DNA of 64,000 nucleotides from Raillietiella orientalis (Eukaryota): NCBI GenBank assembly GCA_036172245.1, contig JAYWIR010000009.1, positions 2,170,001 to 2,234,000 of the forward strand, read 5' to 3'. Shown piece by piece: positions 12,800 to 25,003 of this stretch (position 1 is its first letter; each line of letters starts with the position of its first letter). The notes under the pieces were generated by a model. It saw only the letters and a program-made list of their open reading frames with translations, ran no database searches and was not told where the DNA came from. The position numbers and the translations under genes were made by a program.

Positions 12800-13070
12800 T
12801 GTTTCGAAGCCCAACTCCTGGCTGCTATCCCACTGAGACGTGTTATGGGAAGCCTTGAACTCAGTGAAGTTCTTGGAGGCAGCCAAGGAACAGATGCAGA
12901 CGAGGCTGCTAAGCTCTGGGGGATAAAAATAGAGAGAGTAGAAATAAGAGATGCCTGTGCAGGTGTGTCGCGCGTTCTAGGAAAATCTGCTGTGTCTTTA
13001 GAGCTGCGCTTACTTGCGGACATTGACTAACGTCTCGGAGGGATTCGACTGCTACTTTCCCGTTCCCTAT
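12800..13070 (+). pseudogene. Stomatin (SPFH/band-7) pseudogene fragment
   Basis: QLLAAIPLRRVMGSLELSEVL, DEAAKLWGIKIERVEIRD, SRVLGKSAVSLELR, a +1 frameshift at ~13010, then YLRTLTNVSEGFDCYFPVP. These match stomatin RLLAQTTLRNVLG..LS.IL, WGIKVERVEIKD and ALQLRYLQTLTTI...FPLP in order, with internal deletions. Confidence 0.85.
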
Positions 13071-13599
13071 TCAAACTTTTGGAGATTCCCGCAAGAAAGG
13101 CCTTGAAAGAAATGAAAACCAGAACCTACGCATGTGATCAGCCAGGGTCTGCATGCGTTCAGAAATAAATCAATAGCAACGAAGGGAAAAATGTGATGTG
13201 GACGTAGAAGAATCGAAGCGAAGCTACACAGAGCTTGTGCACATGTAAGGTCTCGTGACACGGGTAGAGGTCACATATGCCAAATCACACACGCGTCATT
13301 ACGGCCATATGGTAAGCCATACTGTAAGCCTATATGGTAAATCATAATCTTCATCTGTATGATCCCCAGAATCCAAGGACGCTTCTAGCAGAGAGAAACT
13401 CGCGTGAGTTGGTTTCTAAGCACCTACTCTATCCTCCACCACGACCCCTTCTGCAAACTGCGCGCGGAAGGAGAAAGGGTCTCTTTCCAGCATCCTGCCT
13501 CGTTGACAGAGCCATAAAAACAGATCACAGAGACACAGAGGGACAGAGGCGCGGAGGAGCCTTTTCGCGCCGAAACCGACGGCTGCTGCCGTCTTGGAG

Positions 13600-14100
13600 A
13601 GCGGGTGCAAGACGAGCTGGCGTTCTCTCACGACGAGAAAGGATATCGCATCGATTGCTGCATCCGCGGCGATGCGTCCCACCCGGGATGAAGGGTCTCA
13701 TCGAAAGCTATCAGCATGCTGGAGTGCACAATCGGAGTTCGCCTGTACGGCTGTCCCTTCTGTAGTCAGCGGTCTGGGCGAATTCCTCCGGTGTACGTTG
13801 TGTGACCGCTTGGGCGCGATTTCCTGCGGCGCTTTCTCGGGAGAGGCACACAGCCACTTCGATCGAAACGGAACCTTTCCTGATGAAAGGAGGCAGGATG
13901 GAGTCACGCTGCCGTCCGGAAGAAAGGCAGATCGAATCTCATTGCGCTTGTGGATGCAGCAAGGGCAAGCAGATTCCCGACGCAACAAGGTGGGATCCAA
14001 CTGGCGTCAGCACCATGCGGTTTGTCAGCAGCCACAAGTCGCGATCTCAGGAGGATGGAACAGGATCGAGCACTGTCTGCAGGAGGCCTTAATCAGTTTC
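13600..14100 (+). mobile_element. Degenerate Tc1/mariner transposase catalytic region
   Basis: Ordered motifs ~VL(F)TDEK (13621-13640, frameshifted), LGAISCG (~vWGaIs), MQQGQADSRRNKVGSNW (~FQQDNA.pH....nW), GWNRIEHCL (~DLNPIEHlW). Confidence 0.5.
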
Positions 14101-17100
14101 TTGGCTCCGGCAGTCTTCCGACCATTGAGCGATGCCTGAAGACATGACTCCAAGCAGTTCTCGAGACTTGTGAAAAAATTTACGGAACTAAGCCATTCTG
14201 GATGTATCTCGTGCTGTACTTATGGAGTACTCTGTGCAAGAAGGAAGCGAAGGTTGTCGAACTTAATCCGAGAGCAGTGCTTCATTCATCCCGTTGCCGC
14301 GTAGCGGATGAGAGAGTTCACGAACAAGAAGACGTTTTATTCTCGTGGTTTAGAATCCAGATTTCCCAGCGGAGTTCCCTGCATGCCACTGGGAGAAATC
14401 CCTACCTGTCCGGTGTCCCACTCGAGGTACTTTTTGAAAAGAGCATCGTGAACACGTGGAGCGGCTTTTGGAGAATGCATCCGGAAGTACTCTGCTTCCC
14501 ACTCTGCCTTATAAGCCGATAATTTCCTGTCAATGCAAAACAAGTTGGCCAATGCATAAAAGAGAATGAAAGAGAGAAATCACATTATTCTTGCGTATTT
14601 CCTCTGCAGCATGCCCTCAGCATCTCTACACAGGATTCCTAGGAAAAGATCGCTGCAAACATTGTTTGCTGTATCAATATGCAACCTCAACGTGGAGGAA
14701 AAAACAAATAAACACAAGATTACATCGGAAGGTGAAGAGAATCGAATTTCTGAAAGATTGCATCGTGTTGCGTCTCGACGGGAAGGACTGACGCAGATGC
14801 GCCTGTATTCTAAGGATCTGCTTAGGATTCGGATATCCTTTAGGTGGAAAACGAGGAAGAAGTCTTTCATTGAGCTAGAGCCGTTGGTACGAATGCCTCT
14901 TCTTATGAACATGACTACCAATAGAACGCTTCTCGTGTTGCTGCTCAGCGCCTACTTTCCTAAAAATTTCTCTGCTGCTGAAGCTGCACGGAAACTGTCA
15001 CGTGGAAGTTTTCGTGCAACAGGCCGGAGAAATCTTAGGAAGATAAGATTCGCTGCCACACCTCTGTATCGAACAACTACCACTTGAACGTTTCGGATTT
15101 TTTTACTTATGTGCATCCGAAGTGGATGGAGTGGAGTTCTCGTCGATTCTTCATTAAGGAACTTGGAGTTTCTCTTCTCGCAAGCAACTTCTAATTATGC
15201 TCGAATAAATTCTATTCGAACCCATGCATTTCAGCTTCGGGTTTTACCGTAGACTTCTTGGGTGTTAGATCTGAAGTGAACTCGAGGGAAAGTTCCAGGA
15301 ACACAAATCCTTGAAATGCTTCTTTCCTAGAAGAATTCATCTTAAGCGGAGCCGGTGCTGGAACGCGAAACCTGCTTGGCTTGGGAGAATGGGCAAGAAA
15401 GCGAGAAACAAATGCTCTCAAATAGCTCCATGGTATCTCATGATATCAGCTTCCGAGAGCTTCCATGCAGTTCGGACCGGAAGAGATGGAAGCTGCATTT
15501 GAGCGAGGCGGAAGCACAAAGATGACGGAGTCTGTGCCCAAGACTGCTCATGATGAGATTCGCGCATTTTCTCTTTTGCTACGCAAAAACGGAAAGAATC
15601 AGATGCCTTTTTAAAAAACCAAATATCAAATCTCTTCCCATCTGCGAGCTGGGCTTTGAGACTAATTCCCGTTGTAGTTCTTTTTTTTTTTGGCAACGCT
15701 TTCTAAAATGGACGACACCTTGCGGCATGGCGCGCCATCCGCAACACGCCTTGAGGGAATGCTCCCGTATAGAGCTGCACGGAAAATAAATTAAAACTCG
15801 CACCATAACGCCGATTTGTGGCATTTTATGTAACAGTGTAATACTGCTACATAACATGATGTCCTCGTTTCGCGGTCCACCCTTCACACACTCCCATGCT
15901 GAAGGGCATGAATGGCCATCAAAAATCGTGATTTTGACGTTTCCACTACAGGAATCGTTTAAAATAAATGTATAAAGTAATGCATTTCCGCATTCCACTG
16001 ACCACTTCACTGGCCCCGAAGGGAACAGTTTGTTTCTTTTTTTTTCTTTTCTTTCGGAACCGCAGCAAACTGTGGAATATACAAATGTTTAGGATGAATA
16101 CGTTATTCGTCCCGCATTCACGAATGTACGATTTTCTTTAGACTATTTGACATTCCATGAGTTCATGGCATTCATAAATTGCTGTGTTAATATCAGAATG
16201 ATATTTTATTACTGATACCCTTAAATTCTTGTGTCAACGCCATGAATCCTGAGAGGCAATGACTGCATGCATGCTCCAAATTAAATCGTACAAGAGTGAC
16301 GGGAAATAGGTGATCCTGATGCTGCAGATATCTGTATGAAGTACCGAGATCGGTGGAATCCGATACTGCTGCACTTGAATATCGTGCTGTACCATTCCTG
16401 CTATTACCATACTGCGTACTCCGTCCCTCTTCCTGTCATTCGCACGGACTCCTTCCCATCCGAGGGAAGCTGGAGCAACATTCTGATGCAGAGCATTCGT
16501 GCGCCTGCGCGGGAGTCGCGAGCCACGTGACCTGCGTCGACGAATCCGCGCTCCGCACTCAGCGTGCGGCCGCCGAGGAGCGCGTAGCGTCGCTGCGAGG
16601 GGCGAGGAAAGGGTGCGAGGAAAGGACACCTGGCGCTCCTTGCCGGCTCCTTCCGGGGAAGAGCGAGCGACCGGACGCGGAAGTCCCCGGATCGGTAGAA
16701 GCTGCTCTTCCGGGGAGGGACCCTCCCTTCCAGCAGTCTCGGGCGAGCGATCCGGAGGAAAGGGGGTGTGGGGGGGTGGGAGGGGGGAAGAAGAAAAAAA
16801 AAAAAAAATTGGCGCGCCTGCTGTCCCCCCTCTCCCTCCACAATGGAGGGGCGAGGCCGGCGCCTGCTATCTGAACGCTTTGCAGCAGCCGCTCTGCCTC
16901 TTCCCCTCACGGAAGAGCCGAGAGCTGCAAGCAGCGATGGCCCCTCCTGCAGCAAGAGGCGAGGAATATCTTTCCCGGAGCCATCTCAAGGGCGAAGGGA
17001 CAGCTCAAAGCTCACTTGACCCCAGGGTGGAAGGGAGGAGGGGGGTCCACTGCTGTGGTAGCTTCCCCTCCTCCCTGCCTCCCGCCCTACGGCTGCGGAC

Positions 17101-20100
17101 GGTGACGATAGACAGAGAACGCGCCGCCGGAGCCGGCAGTTCCGAGAGCTGCTGCCGCGAGAACGGAACTTCTCCCCCTCACGCTTCCCTTCCCTCCCCA
17201 CTGTCCCTAATTTCTCTCCCTCCCTCTCTTCCTTTTTCCCCCCACCCCCACTGTTCCGCACGGCGGCGAAGGAAGAGCGGGGAACGCATTTTTCCGGATT
17301 AAAAAGCGAGCACCGCTGCCGCGCCGTCCCTCGGCATCCTCTCCCCCGTTTCCATGGCTACCGGGGCCGGCCGAATGCGATGATCCCCCTCGGTCGTTTC
17401 AATTTGCCGTGAAGCTCCGTGTTTTCGCCCGTCCCTCCGCGTCGCTCCCTCCCCCTGCATCCCCACGTCCCATCTGCGCTGCGAGGCGCGGTCCTCACGC
17501 GCGCCACCCAGCACGCGACCCCACTATTGTTATCCCGGCGCGTCCCTCCTTTCGCCGACGCGTCCTCTCTCCGCTTCCCGCTCGCCAGGGAGGATGAATG
17601 GGGGAGACACCTGGACGGAACGGGTGCAGCGAGGGAACGCCAGCGAGGTCCCCCGCGCGGATCAACTCGCGCGCGCGCGTGCCCGGAAGGGAACAAGAGG
17701 AGGGTTGGAAGGAAAGGGGAGCAAAAGGGACGGCTGGGGGCAACCCTGGTTCCATCTCTCCTCTCGTGGATCCTAGGGCTGTCACTCCTCCGATCTTCCT
17801 CCCCGGCGTGCCTGCGGACAGTGGGGCGGGAAGTCGGTAACAACGGCAGCGGCCGTCACGGAACACCTCCGTGGTCCAGCAGGAGGAAGGGAACCCCTCC
17901 CCTGCGTCTTCCGATTCTTCTCCTTCCACTCTCCGTGGCCGAAAATGCCGACGGTTTCCGAAGATGCGCAAGGCCAAATGTCCTCCTTGACCACCCCCGT
18001 ACAGGAGGAGTCTTTCGACTCCTCCTTTACGGGGATGGGTCAAGAGACCCCTCCTGTTGAAGACGCGAGTCTCCAAGTGAAATCTTGGCGGCTCGCATCT
18101 TGACTTTGGTCGGTCGAGACTGCAGGCGGGGAGCGATGTCCCGGAAAAAACGCGCCACTGTGGCTGCACCCTTCCACCCACCCCACATGGATGGGGGAGG
18201 TGGGGGGGACCACAGTGGCTTTCGCGTCACCACTATGGTACGCTGACCTTGACGACCTCATTGGCGGGAATGCTTTCTCTTCCCTTTGCTCGAGTGCCGG
18301 CTGGCACCCTCGTCTTGTCTCCTGGAAGGGACAGCCGAGACTCTCATTGCCATCCGAGCCAGTGGCTCCCCCGCGGTGACTTCGCACCGAGCGGACGGAT
18401 GTCACGCGCGATGGATGCGCCCATGCGCGGGGTTCTCTTCAACCATCGGAGAGGACCGGAGCTGAAACGGAGGAATCGGGCGCTTCCCCAAGGGGCTACG
18501 GATCCAGGGGGAAGGGGGGTTGGTTGTTGGAGGCTCGGAGGAAGAAGATCGCGGGGAGGTCTCGGCGAGGTCTCGGGTTCCCACCTCCAGCTTCCTCCGT
18601 CCATCCACCCCTGCAGCCACACGCCGGCGCCGCCGCCTCGCTCCTGCCGCCGCCGCTGCTGCTGCGAGAGGCTGCGCGCGAAAAGCAGCGCGCGCGCGTG
18701 CGGGTGCGCGCACAAGTGCAGGACCTGCCCCTCCCCCTCCGGCCCCCAAAGCCATGTTCGGGAAGACCAGCAGGTTTCGCGCGCGTCGACACTTGCAAAG
18801 GCACCTCCGGGCTTGCGCCTGCGTGGTGCTTTCGCGGTAGGCGGTGCCGCCTGTCCAGCTGGCGGCAGCTGCCCTCCCGAATTCCTGGCGCCCGTTTTCC
18901 GGCCCTGCCTGGAACCTGCAGCAGACCGTCTCGGCGGCCCGACTGGCTGGAAGCATCACACGAAGAGACAAAGAGAGAGGGGAAGAGAGAGACAGAGAAG
19001 CGGGAGGAGGGCGGAGAGCGTAAAAGTGGGAACCGGATGCAGACTGCCATCATCATCCAAACTACCTGTGATAAGTAATTACGCAAGAGGCTGTTGTGCA
19101 TGTGCAGCGTGGTCGGGGCTTGCCGGGCCGGACCACGTGCAGGAGTGGGGGTGAAACCGCTCTCTCTCTCTCTCTGGTTTCTCCGCCCCCCTGCGATTTT
19201 TGCCCCCGAGCGCTGTCCCCACGTCCGGCTTTCGGCGGTGCCAGAGGCCGAGGCGGGAACTCCTGCACGGGGGATTCTGGCTTTGGGATCTGGGTTTCGG
19301 GGAGAGGAGTCCACGGCCTAGCGAGGAAAATCCTCCGGCTAGCGGTAAAACTGAGGGTTCGATGCGAAGGTCGAGCTGCCCCACACCGCTTGGACATCCC
19401 CGCCGGCCAAGGGCGAGCCCCACATGTGAAAGGATCAAAAAGAAGAGAAAGAGAGAAAGCTTACGCGAATGCCGCCCAAACCAAATTTTCCTCCTTCCGG
19501 AAAGATTTCTGCCGGGGAATTCCCCCAATCCATGGAGGAACGAGGCACGTGTGACGATCGGTTCGGAGCCTGGGAATTACCACCGTTACCATGGAAACGG
19601 ACGAGGTACTTGGGATCAACACGATTCGGAATTCAGGGTGCTCCTCATTTAGGCACTCCAAAAATTAACATCCACCCCTCGCCTGCAGGGACGGCTGGGA
19701 GAGCGATGCGCATAATTTTTCATCTGACCACCAATCCGGAAGGGAGAATTCGAAGGCGGGGGGAGGAGGAGAGGGGGAAGGGAGGGGGAGAAAGGGGAGG
19801 TGGAGGTGGAAGGAGCATTCTTCTCGAAAAATTTCGTGGCATCTTTTGCACGAAGCGCACGCGCGTGTCATGGCGCCTTTATTTGTGCGCCGCAGCCTTT
19901 ATTCTGCATCTCCTGCAGATGGCAGCGTCCGCCTCCGAAGATGGAACTCGTCCGGGGCCGCCCAAGGACTCATCCACAGGGAGAGGGGGGGAGGGGAAGG
20001 TGCGCACGAAGCAGCCTCGTTTTCGAATTTTCCGCAGCAGGGGAAGAAGGAGAGGGGGGAAACTGCGTCGTGGGGATCAGCAGACGCCGCCGCCGCCGCC

Positions 20101-22399
20101 CGCGGTTGATCTCACAAACAAATAATTAGAAATGGCGGCGCCACGTACCACGTGACGAACGCGCGCTCTGCATTGTTGCACGTGGGCCGCTCAGTTTGGA
20201 GATGCCGCAGGACCCGGGGCGGCGGAGAACCATCTGGAAAATCGGCCGCCCCCGAGCCGCCATCTTGGTGCTTGCGCGCGATATGTGAGGGTGCCCCGGC
20301 CCGGATTACGGGCAAAAAGCTCACAGCTCCGATCGTAAGTGCATCGACTTTCTCCCTGCCGTGAGTGCACGCGCCCGCAAGTCTATGCAGCGGCGGCGCC
20401 CCTCCCCCCCTCCTCCCCGTGAGTGCATTGGGTACGATTTCAATGGTCTTCGCCACCCGTGCTTTTCTTCTTCCGTGAAGTCCTCTCCTCGGATCCCCTA
20501 AAAGCTGTGCGCTGACTCCCACGAGGCTGCTGCCGGCGCTTTGAAGCGGCCCGGAATCCCTGTTGCGGGATTCTGCCTTTCCCTGCCTGCGAGGAGCTCC
20601 CGGAACGGGCCCAAGGGACGGGCGTGGACTCGGAGGGGTCTTCCGTTTGCTCGGAGAACAGCCAGGTCAGTTCTTCTTCGAGGAGGACTTGCGACGGCAA
20701 GGAGGGATGCTGACCGGTTCTCGGCGCCACCGTGCGATCCACGGGAAGATTGCGCCGTTGCGTGATGCTGGAAAGGCAGCTCGAGCTCGCGGCAGGACGG
20801 ACGGCTGTTGACTTTGTAACGGCTTCCGTCACCGAATGGACGATCTCTCGCATCGCGCAGCATCCCCAACATCTGTCGATCCGTAACGGCTTTCGGAGAG
20901 GGACAATTTCGAACGACTGAAGAACAAAGTGAGCCAATCCGGAAATCCGTTGGATGTCTCTCAGAATGTCTGGGAAAAAAAAAAAAAAAAAAAAGATGGC
21001 GAGTTCGTATTTTGCAAATACTTTTTGTGAACGCCCAAGCAAGCGAACTTTGGGACGGAGGAGACTCGTGCTTTGATCTCCATCCTCCCCCAGCGAACAA
21101 TGAGGAAGATGAATTGTGGCTTGCTCCGCAGCGCGAGCTCCACAGCTGCATCCAGAATCCGGCTCAAATTTCAAATGAGATCTGTTTCATTCTTTCCTTC
21201 TCTTTTGCTGGTGCTGTCATTCAAAACATAATTGAAAGCCGAAGAGGAAGGAAAAAAAAAACGCACACACACACACACACAATCAAAAAGACCATCGAAC
21301 TTGTGGCAGGAGGATCCCGACGAACGGTGCGGTATGTTCGATTTCTGGAACCGGGAGTGGGAATGCGGTGGAGACGCCACTTGGACCCGGGAGCGATCCC
21401 GGGACCTGCGAAGCGGATGGAAAGAAAGGGAGGGGAAGTAAATACTCGCGATGCAGCCTCGGGAAGACCCCGGCATCACGGGCGGACACGGCGGACTGAT
21501 GAGGCCGGTATCCACAGCAACCGCCGCCGTCGCTTTTGTGCGTCTGCTGGCGCGACCGCGTTTCGGCCGCGCTGGCGGGCAGCCGCCGGCATCGTCCTTC
21601 CTCCTCTGGGTCCGAAGCGCATCCTCGTCTTCCCGAGATCAGACTTTCTTGGGTCCGAAAGTTCCCCCGGGACGAGAGGGCGGGAAAACCCCGGACGCTG
21701 CCTGGGGAAAGCGGCCGCCGTCGTCACAGAGGCGGATGCGGATCGGTGGCGGCGAGAGGGCGGCCCCGGAGGGCCACCCATCATGGACGAGAGACCTCCT
21801 GGCTTGCAGGTCTTCTCCGCGGGAAACTGCGCGTCCTGAGGATGGCGCCGCGACACGGGACCGCGGCGGCGCGAGTGGCGGACCCGCGCGGGAGCGAGCT
21901 ATCCCCCCGGTGACCCTCCTCGCCAGGGATCCCAGAGATTCCCGCCCTTCCCTCCCCCGGGAAGACGGAGAGCGTGGGGGTGTGGAGGCCGCCTGACTTC
22001 TTCTCTGCCCAAGACCTCGCGGTCCGCTTCCGGTCGTCCGAGGGCGTGCCCGGGAGGACTCCGGGTCTGCGCCGGCAGGAGGGGACCTCGAGGAGTCGCG
22101 TCGCCTGGGAGGCCACCCCTCTGGAGCTTGCAACCTCCTTTTCCGCAGAGCTCCTTGCCGCCTACTCCCCTCCGCTCCCTCCGGCAACGGTGCCGTAACG
22201 CCCGCGGCTGCCGCCTCCATCTCATACAGTATACAGGGAGGTCTTGGACCCTCCTCCTCCTCCTCCCTTCCCCCCTGCCCGCTGGGCGGAAGGCGCTCCC
22301 GAGCTCTCAAGGCCGGTCGCACGAGTTCGCCGCCCGGAAGGCGGACCGCCTGGAGACGCGGGTGCTCCTGGAGCATCTTGCTGGCTGGAGGCTTGGGAA

Positions 22400-22945
22400 G
22401 CAGCGGCGGCGATTGGCCGAGGAGCAGGGACGGAGGAGGAGGAAGGTCGCGCGCGCGCTCCGTCGAACGCGTGCGCGCCCGCATGTGCGCGAGGTGGCCC
22501 GCGGGTGAGTCGTCTTTTCTCTCTCTTCCCTCCCCTTCCTTCTCGCCTGCCGAGGATGGGGGTGGGACGAGGGAGGCGAGAGGAGGAGGAGGCGGGGCTC
22601 CCCGATTGGCTAAGAGGCCGGAATGGGCGCGTGCGCGCGTTTCCTTCCCTCTCTCTCCTAGGAAAGGGGGAGAAGAAGGGAAGCGTCGTTCCCTGGCAAC
22701 GAGCCGCTGCGTGCCTGTGCGCGTGCGCGTCTCCGTCGCCGCCGCAGGGCGTCGTCGGCCCCTCTCTACCCCGCCGCGCCTGGAGCGCGCTGCCGCATTC
22801 GAGAGCAGGCCGCCGCCCCGCCTGGTCCATAGCGCTTCCGCCGCCGCAGCATCCCCGCCTGCGGGGCCACGCAACGGGAGGAGCAGCAGCCCCGCCGCCG
22901 CCCCTGTACATAGCAACCGGAGCCGAAGATGAGTTCACTCTAGTC
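22400..22945 (+). promoter_or_regulatory. Candidate proximal/core promoter of the INSM gene
   Basis: Reverse CCAAT (ATTGG) at 22412 and 22605, GC-rich boxes, and a TATA-like TACATAG at 22907 about 30 nt before an initiator-like TCACTCT (22935-22941). GA repeats follow at 22958-22998. Confidence 0.35.
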
Positions 22946-23047
22946 AGCGTGTAAAGCCAGAGAGAGAGGGAGAGAGTGTGTGTGCCAGAGAGAGAGGGAA
23001 GCTGAGATCTTCTGTTGCCTAGTCACGACCTTGGAAACTTCTAGTCA
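22929..23047 (+). promoter_or_regulatory. Cluster of three miR-279 seed-complementary sites upstream of the INSM ATG
   Basis: TCTAGTCA 22939-22946, CTAGTCA 23019-23025, TCTAGTCA 23040-23047. The first is preceded by ATGAGT (22929-22934), complementary to miR-279 nt 14-19. Confidence 0.55.
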
Positions 23048-23052
23048 AGTGA

Positions 23053-23130
23053 ATGAGTCGCCAGTGCAGCGCCAGCGCAGCGGCCCCGGCCCCTGCCACC
23101 AGCCCCCGTCGCAACAGCGAAAGCACGTGA
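23053..23130 (+). other. Upstream ORF (25 codons) ending 7 nt before the INSM start
   Basis: ATG at 23053 and TGA at 23128-23130, in frame with each other; the main ATG at 23138 is in GCCATG context. Confidence 0.5.
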
Positions 23131-23137
23131 CCCCGCC

Positions 23138-24748
23138 ATGTCCAAGGGGTTTCTGCTAAGCCGGGCCGAGGAGATAGGCTGGAGGAGGAGGCTACAGGAC
23201 GATCCGCCTCCCCCACTGTCCCCCCACGGACCCCTTGACATGTCGCCGGCCAGCGGGCGCTTCCTCGCCGCTGCTGGCGCCGCAGCCTGCCCCCCACCCT
23301 CCGCCCCCCCGCAAAATCGCCTCCGCCTCCACCCCTTCCGGTGCTCTCAGGAGGAAACGGTGGTCCCCAATGCGGTGGCGGCGGAGGAGCCCCTGAACCT
23401 GGTGATGGCGCGGCCCCTGCCGGACTCCCCGGGCCTCGCCCCCGACGCCGACCCAGGAGCCTCTTCCGACAAGAAGAAGGCGGATGCGAGCGCCGGAGGC
23501 GGCGAGGTCAGGGGCCAGCCGCAGACATCCCCGCTGAACCTGGCGATGAAGGGAGCTCGCTGTGAAACGACTCCGGCGCCGGCGGAAGCGACCGCTCCGT
23601 CCGCCGCCTCGAAGCGTCTCCAGGCAACGCCCGACCACTGCGGACTCGCACCTCCACCGCCGCCGTCGCCGTCCCCGGCTCACGGCCTGACCTCCGCCTC
23701 GCTGCCCGACCTGCACGGGGGGTCCGCCTGTTGCCGCACCCCGGAAGGCGGAAGCCCCGCCCCTCTGCACCTCCTGACCGCCGCCAAGAGCAAGTCCGAG
23801 GACGGTGGCAAGTCGTCCAAGAAGAAGGACCAGCAGCGCTGCTGCGCAAGGAAGGTCAAGGCCGCGAGGAGGCTGAGCTTCGACGACGGCGACGACGTGT
23901 TCGCGTCGTCGCCTGTGTCCGGCACGGTCATCCGGCGGCAGCCCCCGGAACCTTTCGCCGCCGGAGGCGAGGAGGCGCCGCCGTCGGGAGTTTGCGGCGC
24001 TGCATGCAACGGCGGCGACATCGACCCGGCCCGGAACGTGGTCGAGGTGACCGAGGAGGCCAGGAGCGAGCTGGCGCGCATCGAGAACCGGATCGGGGAC
24101 TTTGTGTGCCGCCTGTGCGGAACACTCTTCGGCGACGCCTTCGGGCTGGCGCGCCACCGCTGTGCCATGATCCTCCACGTGGAGTACCGATGCCGGGAGT
24201 GCGGCAAGACCTTCAGCTGCCCGGCCAACCTCGCGTCCCACCAGAGGTGGCACCGTCCCCGGCCTCCCGGCGGAGGGGACAAGGACTCCGGGAGGCTCTC
24301 TGCTAACGACCCGCCGAAGACGCCCGTTCCCGGAGGAGGGGTCAAGCGGGAGGAGGAGGAGGAGGAGAAGGAAGAGCGGGAGCAGCCGCAGCGGAAGGAG
24401 GAGGAGGAGAATGAGGAGCAGGAAGGCAAGGAATGGGAAGAGAAGGAGGGGAAGGAAGAGGAAGAAGAGGGAAAAGAGCGGCGGGACGAGGAAAAGGCGG
24501 AGGCTGCACCCCTGGTGGCTTCTTCCGGAGTCCGCGAGTGCAGCGTCTGTTTCCTGAGCTTCCCGACTGCCTCGGCGCTCGCTGACCACGCCGCGTGCCA
24601 CATCAGGGACAGCACGAGGGCAGCCAGGATCACGACGTACCACGCCCCCATCTTCCACCCTCCTGTCGTGACCCCCCGCGCCGCAGCCGCTGCGGGTGGA
24701 GACGCCCTCTTCGATATTCCAGCCCCACGCGGCTGGTCGACCACGTGA
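23138..24748 (+). CDS. INSM1: INSM1/nerfin/EGL-46 family zinc-finger transcription factor, intronless, 536 aa
   Basis: SNAG-like N-terminus MSKGFLLSR; family blocks [19 protein letters not shown] and [31 protein letters not shown]....[10 protein letters not shown]; finger [24 protein letters not shown]; third finger CSVC..HAACH. Confidence 0.97.
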   Translation: MSKGFLLSRAEEIGWRRRLQDDPPPPLSPHGPLDMSPASGRFLAAAGAAACPPPSAPPQNRLRLHPFRCSQEETVVPNAVAAEEPLNLVMARPLPDSPGLAPDADPGASSDKKKADASAGGGEVRGQPQTSPLNLAMKGARCETTPAPAEATAPSAASKRLQATPDHCGLAPPPPPSPSPAHGLTSASLPDLHGGSACCRTPEGGSPAPLHLLTAAKSKSEDGGKSSKKKDQQRCCARKVKAARRLSFDDGDDVFASSPVSGTVIRRQPPEPFAAGGEEAPPSGVCGAACNGGDIDPARNVVEVTEEARSELARIENRIGDFVCRLCGTLFGDAFGLARHRCAMILHVEYRCRECGKTFSCPANLASHQRWHRPRPPGGGDKDSGRLSANDPPKTPVPGGGVKREEEEEEKEEREQPQRKEEEENEEQEGKEWEEKEGKEEEEEGKERRDEEKAEAAPLVASSGVRECSVCFLSFPTASALADHAACHIRDSTRAARITTYHAPIFHPPVVTPRAAAAAGGDALFDIPAPRGWSTT

Positions 24749-24993
24749 GGCAGGATGGGCCTGCGCCCGTCTGGACCCCCCCTGCCCTCGGCACTCTTCC
24801 CGACCGGAGTGTGGTGGCGGAGCTGCCAGGTGGCAGCTGTCAGACGGTGGGGAGGAGAAAAGAAGGAAAAAAAAAAAAAAAAAAAACGGAAAAAAGGAGC
24901 AGCTCCAGTGTGCCCGTGACGCCAGTGACGTACGGAGAGAGCAGTGTACAGTGTACGGACAATGCTGCCGCGCTCGGGCATGAATGAATCTGC

Positions 24994-25003
24994 TGTAAAT
25001 AAA
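24994..25003 (+). terminator. Candidate polyadenylation signal overlapping a Pumilio element
   Basis: AATAAA at 24998-25003, ~250 nt after the stop; TGTAAATA at 24994-25001. Confidence 0.55.

Noticed and set aside
14337..14552. hAT-like AYKAEWEAEYF peptide
   Set aside because: One short motif; no zinc finger or catalytic motifs could be linked.
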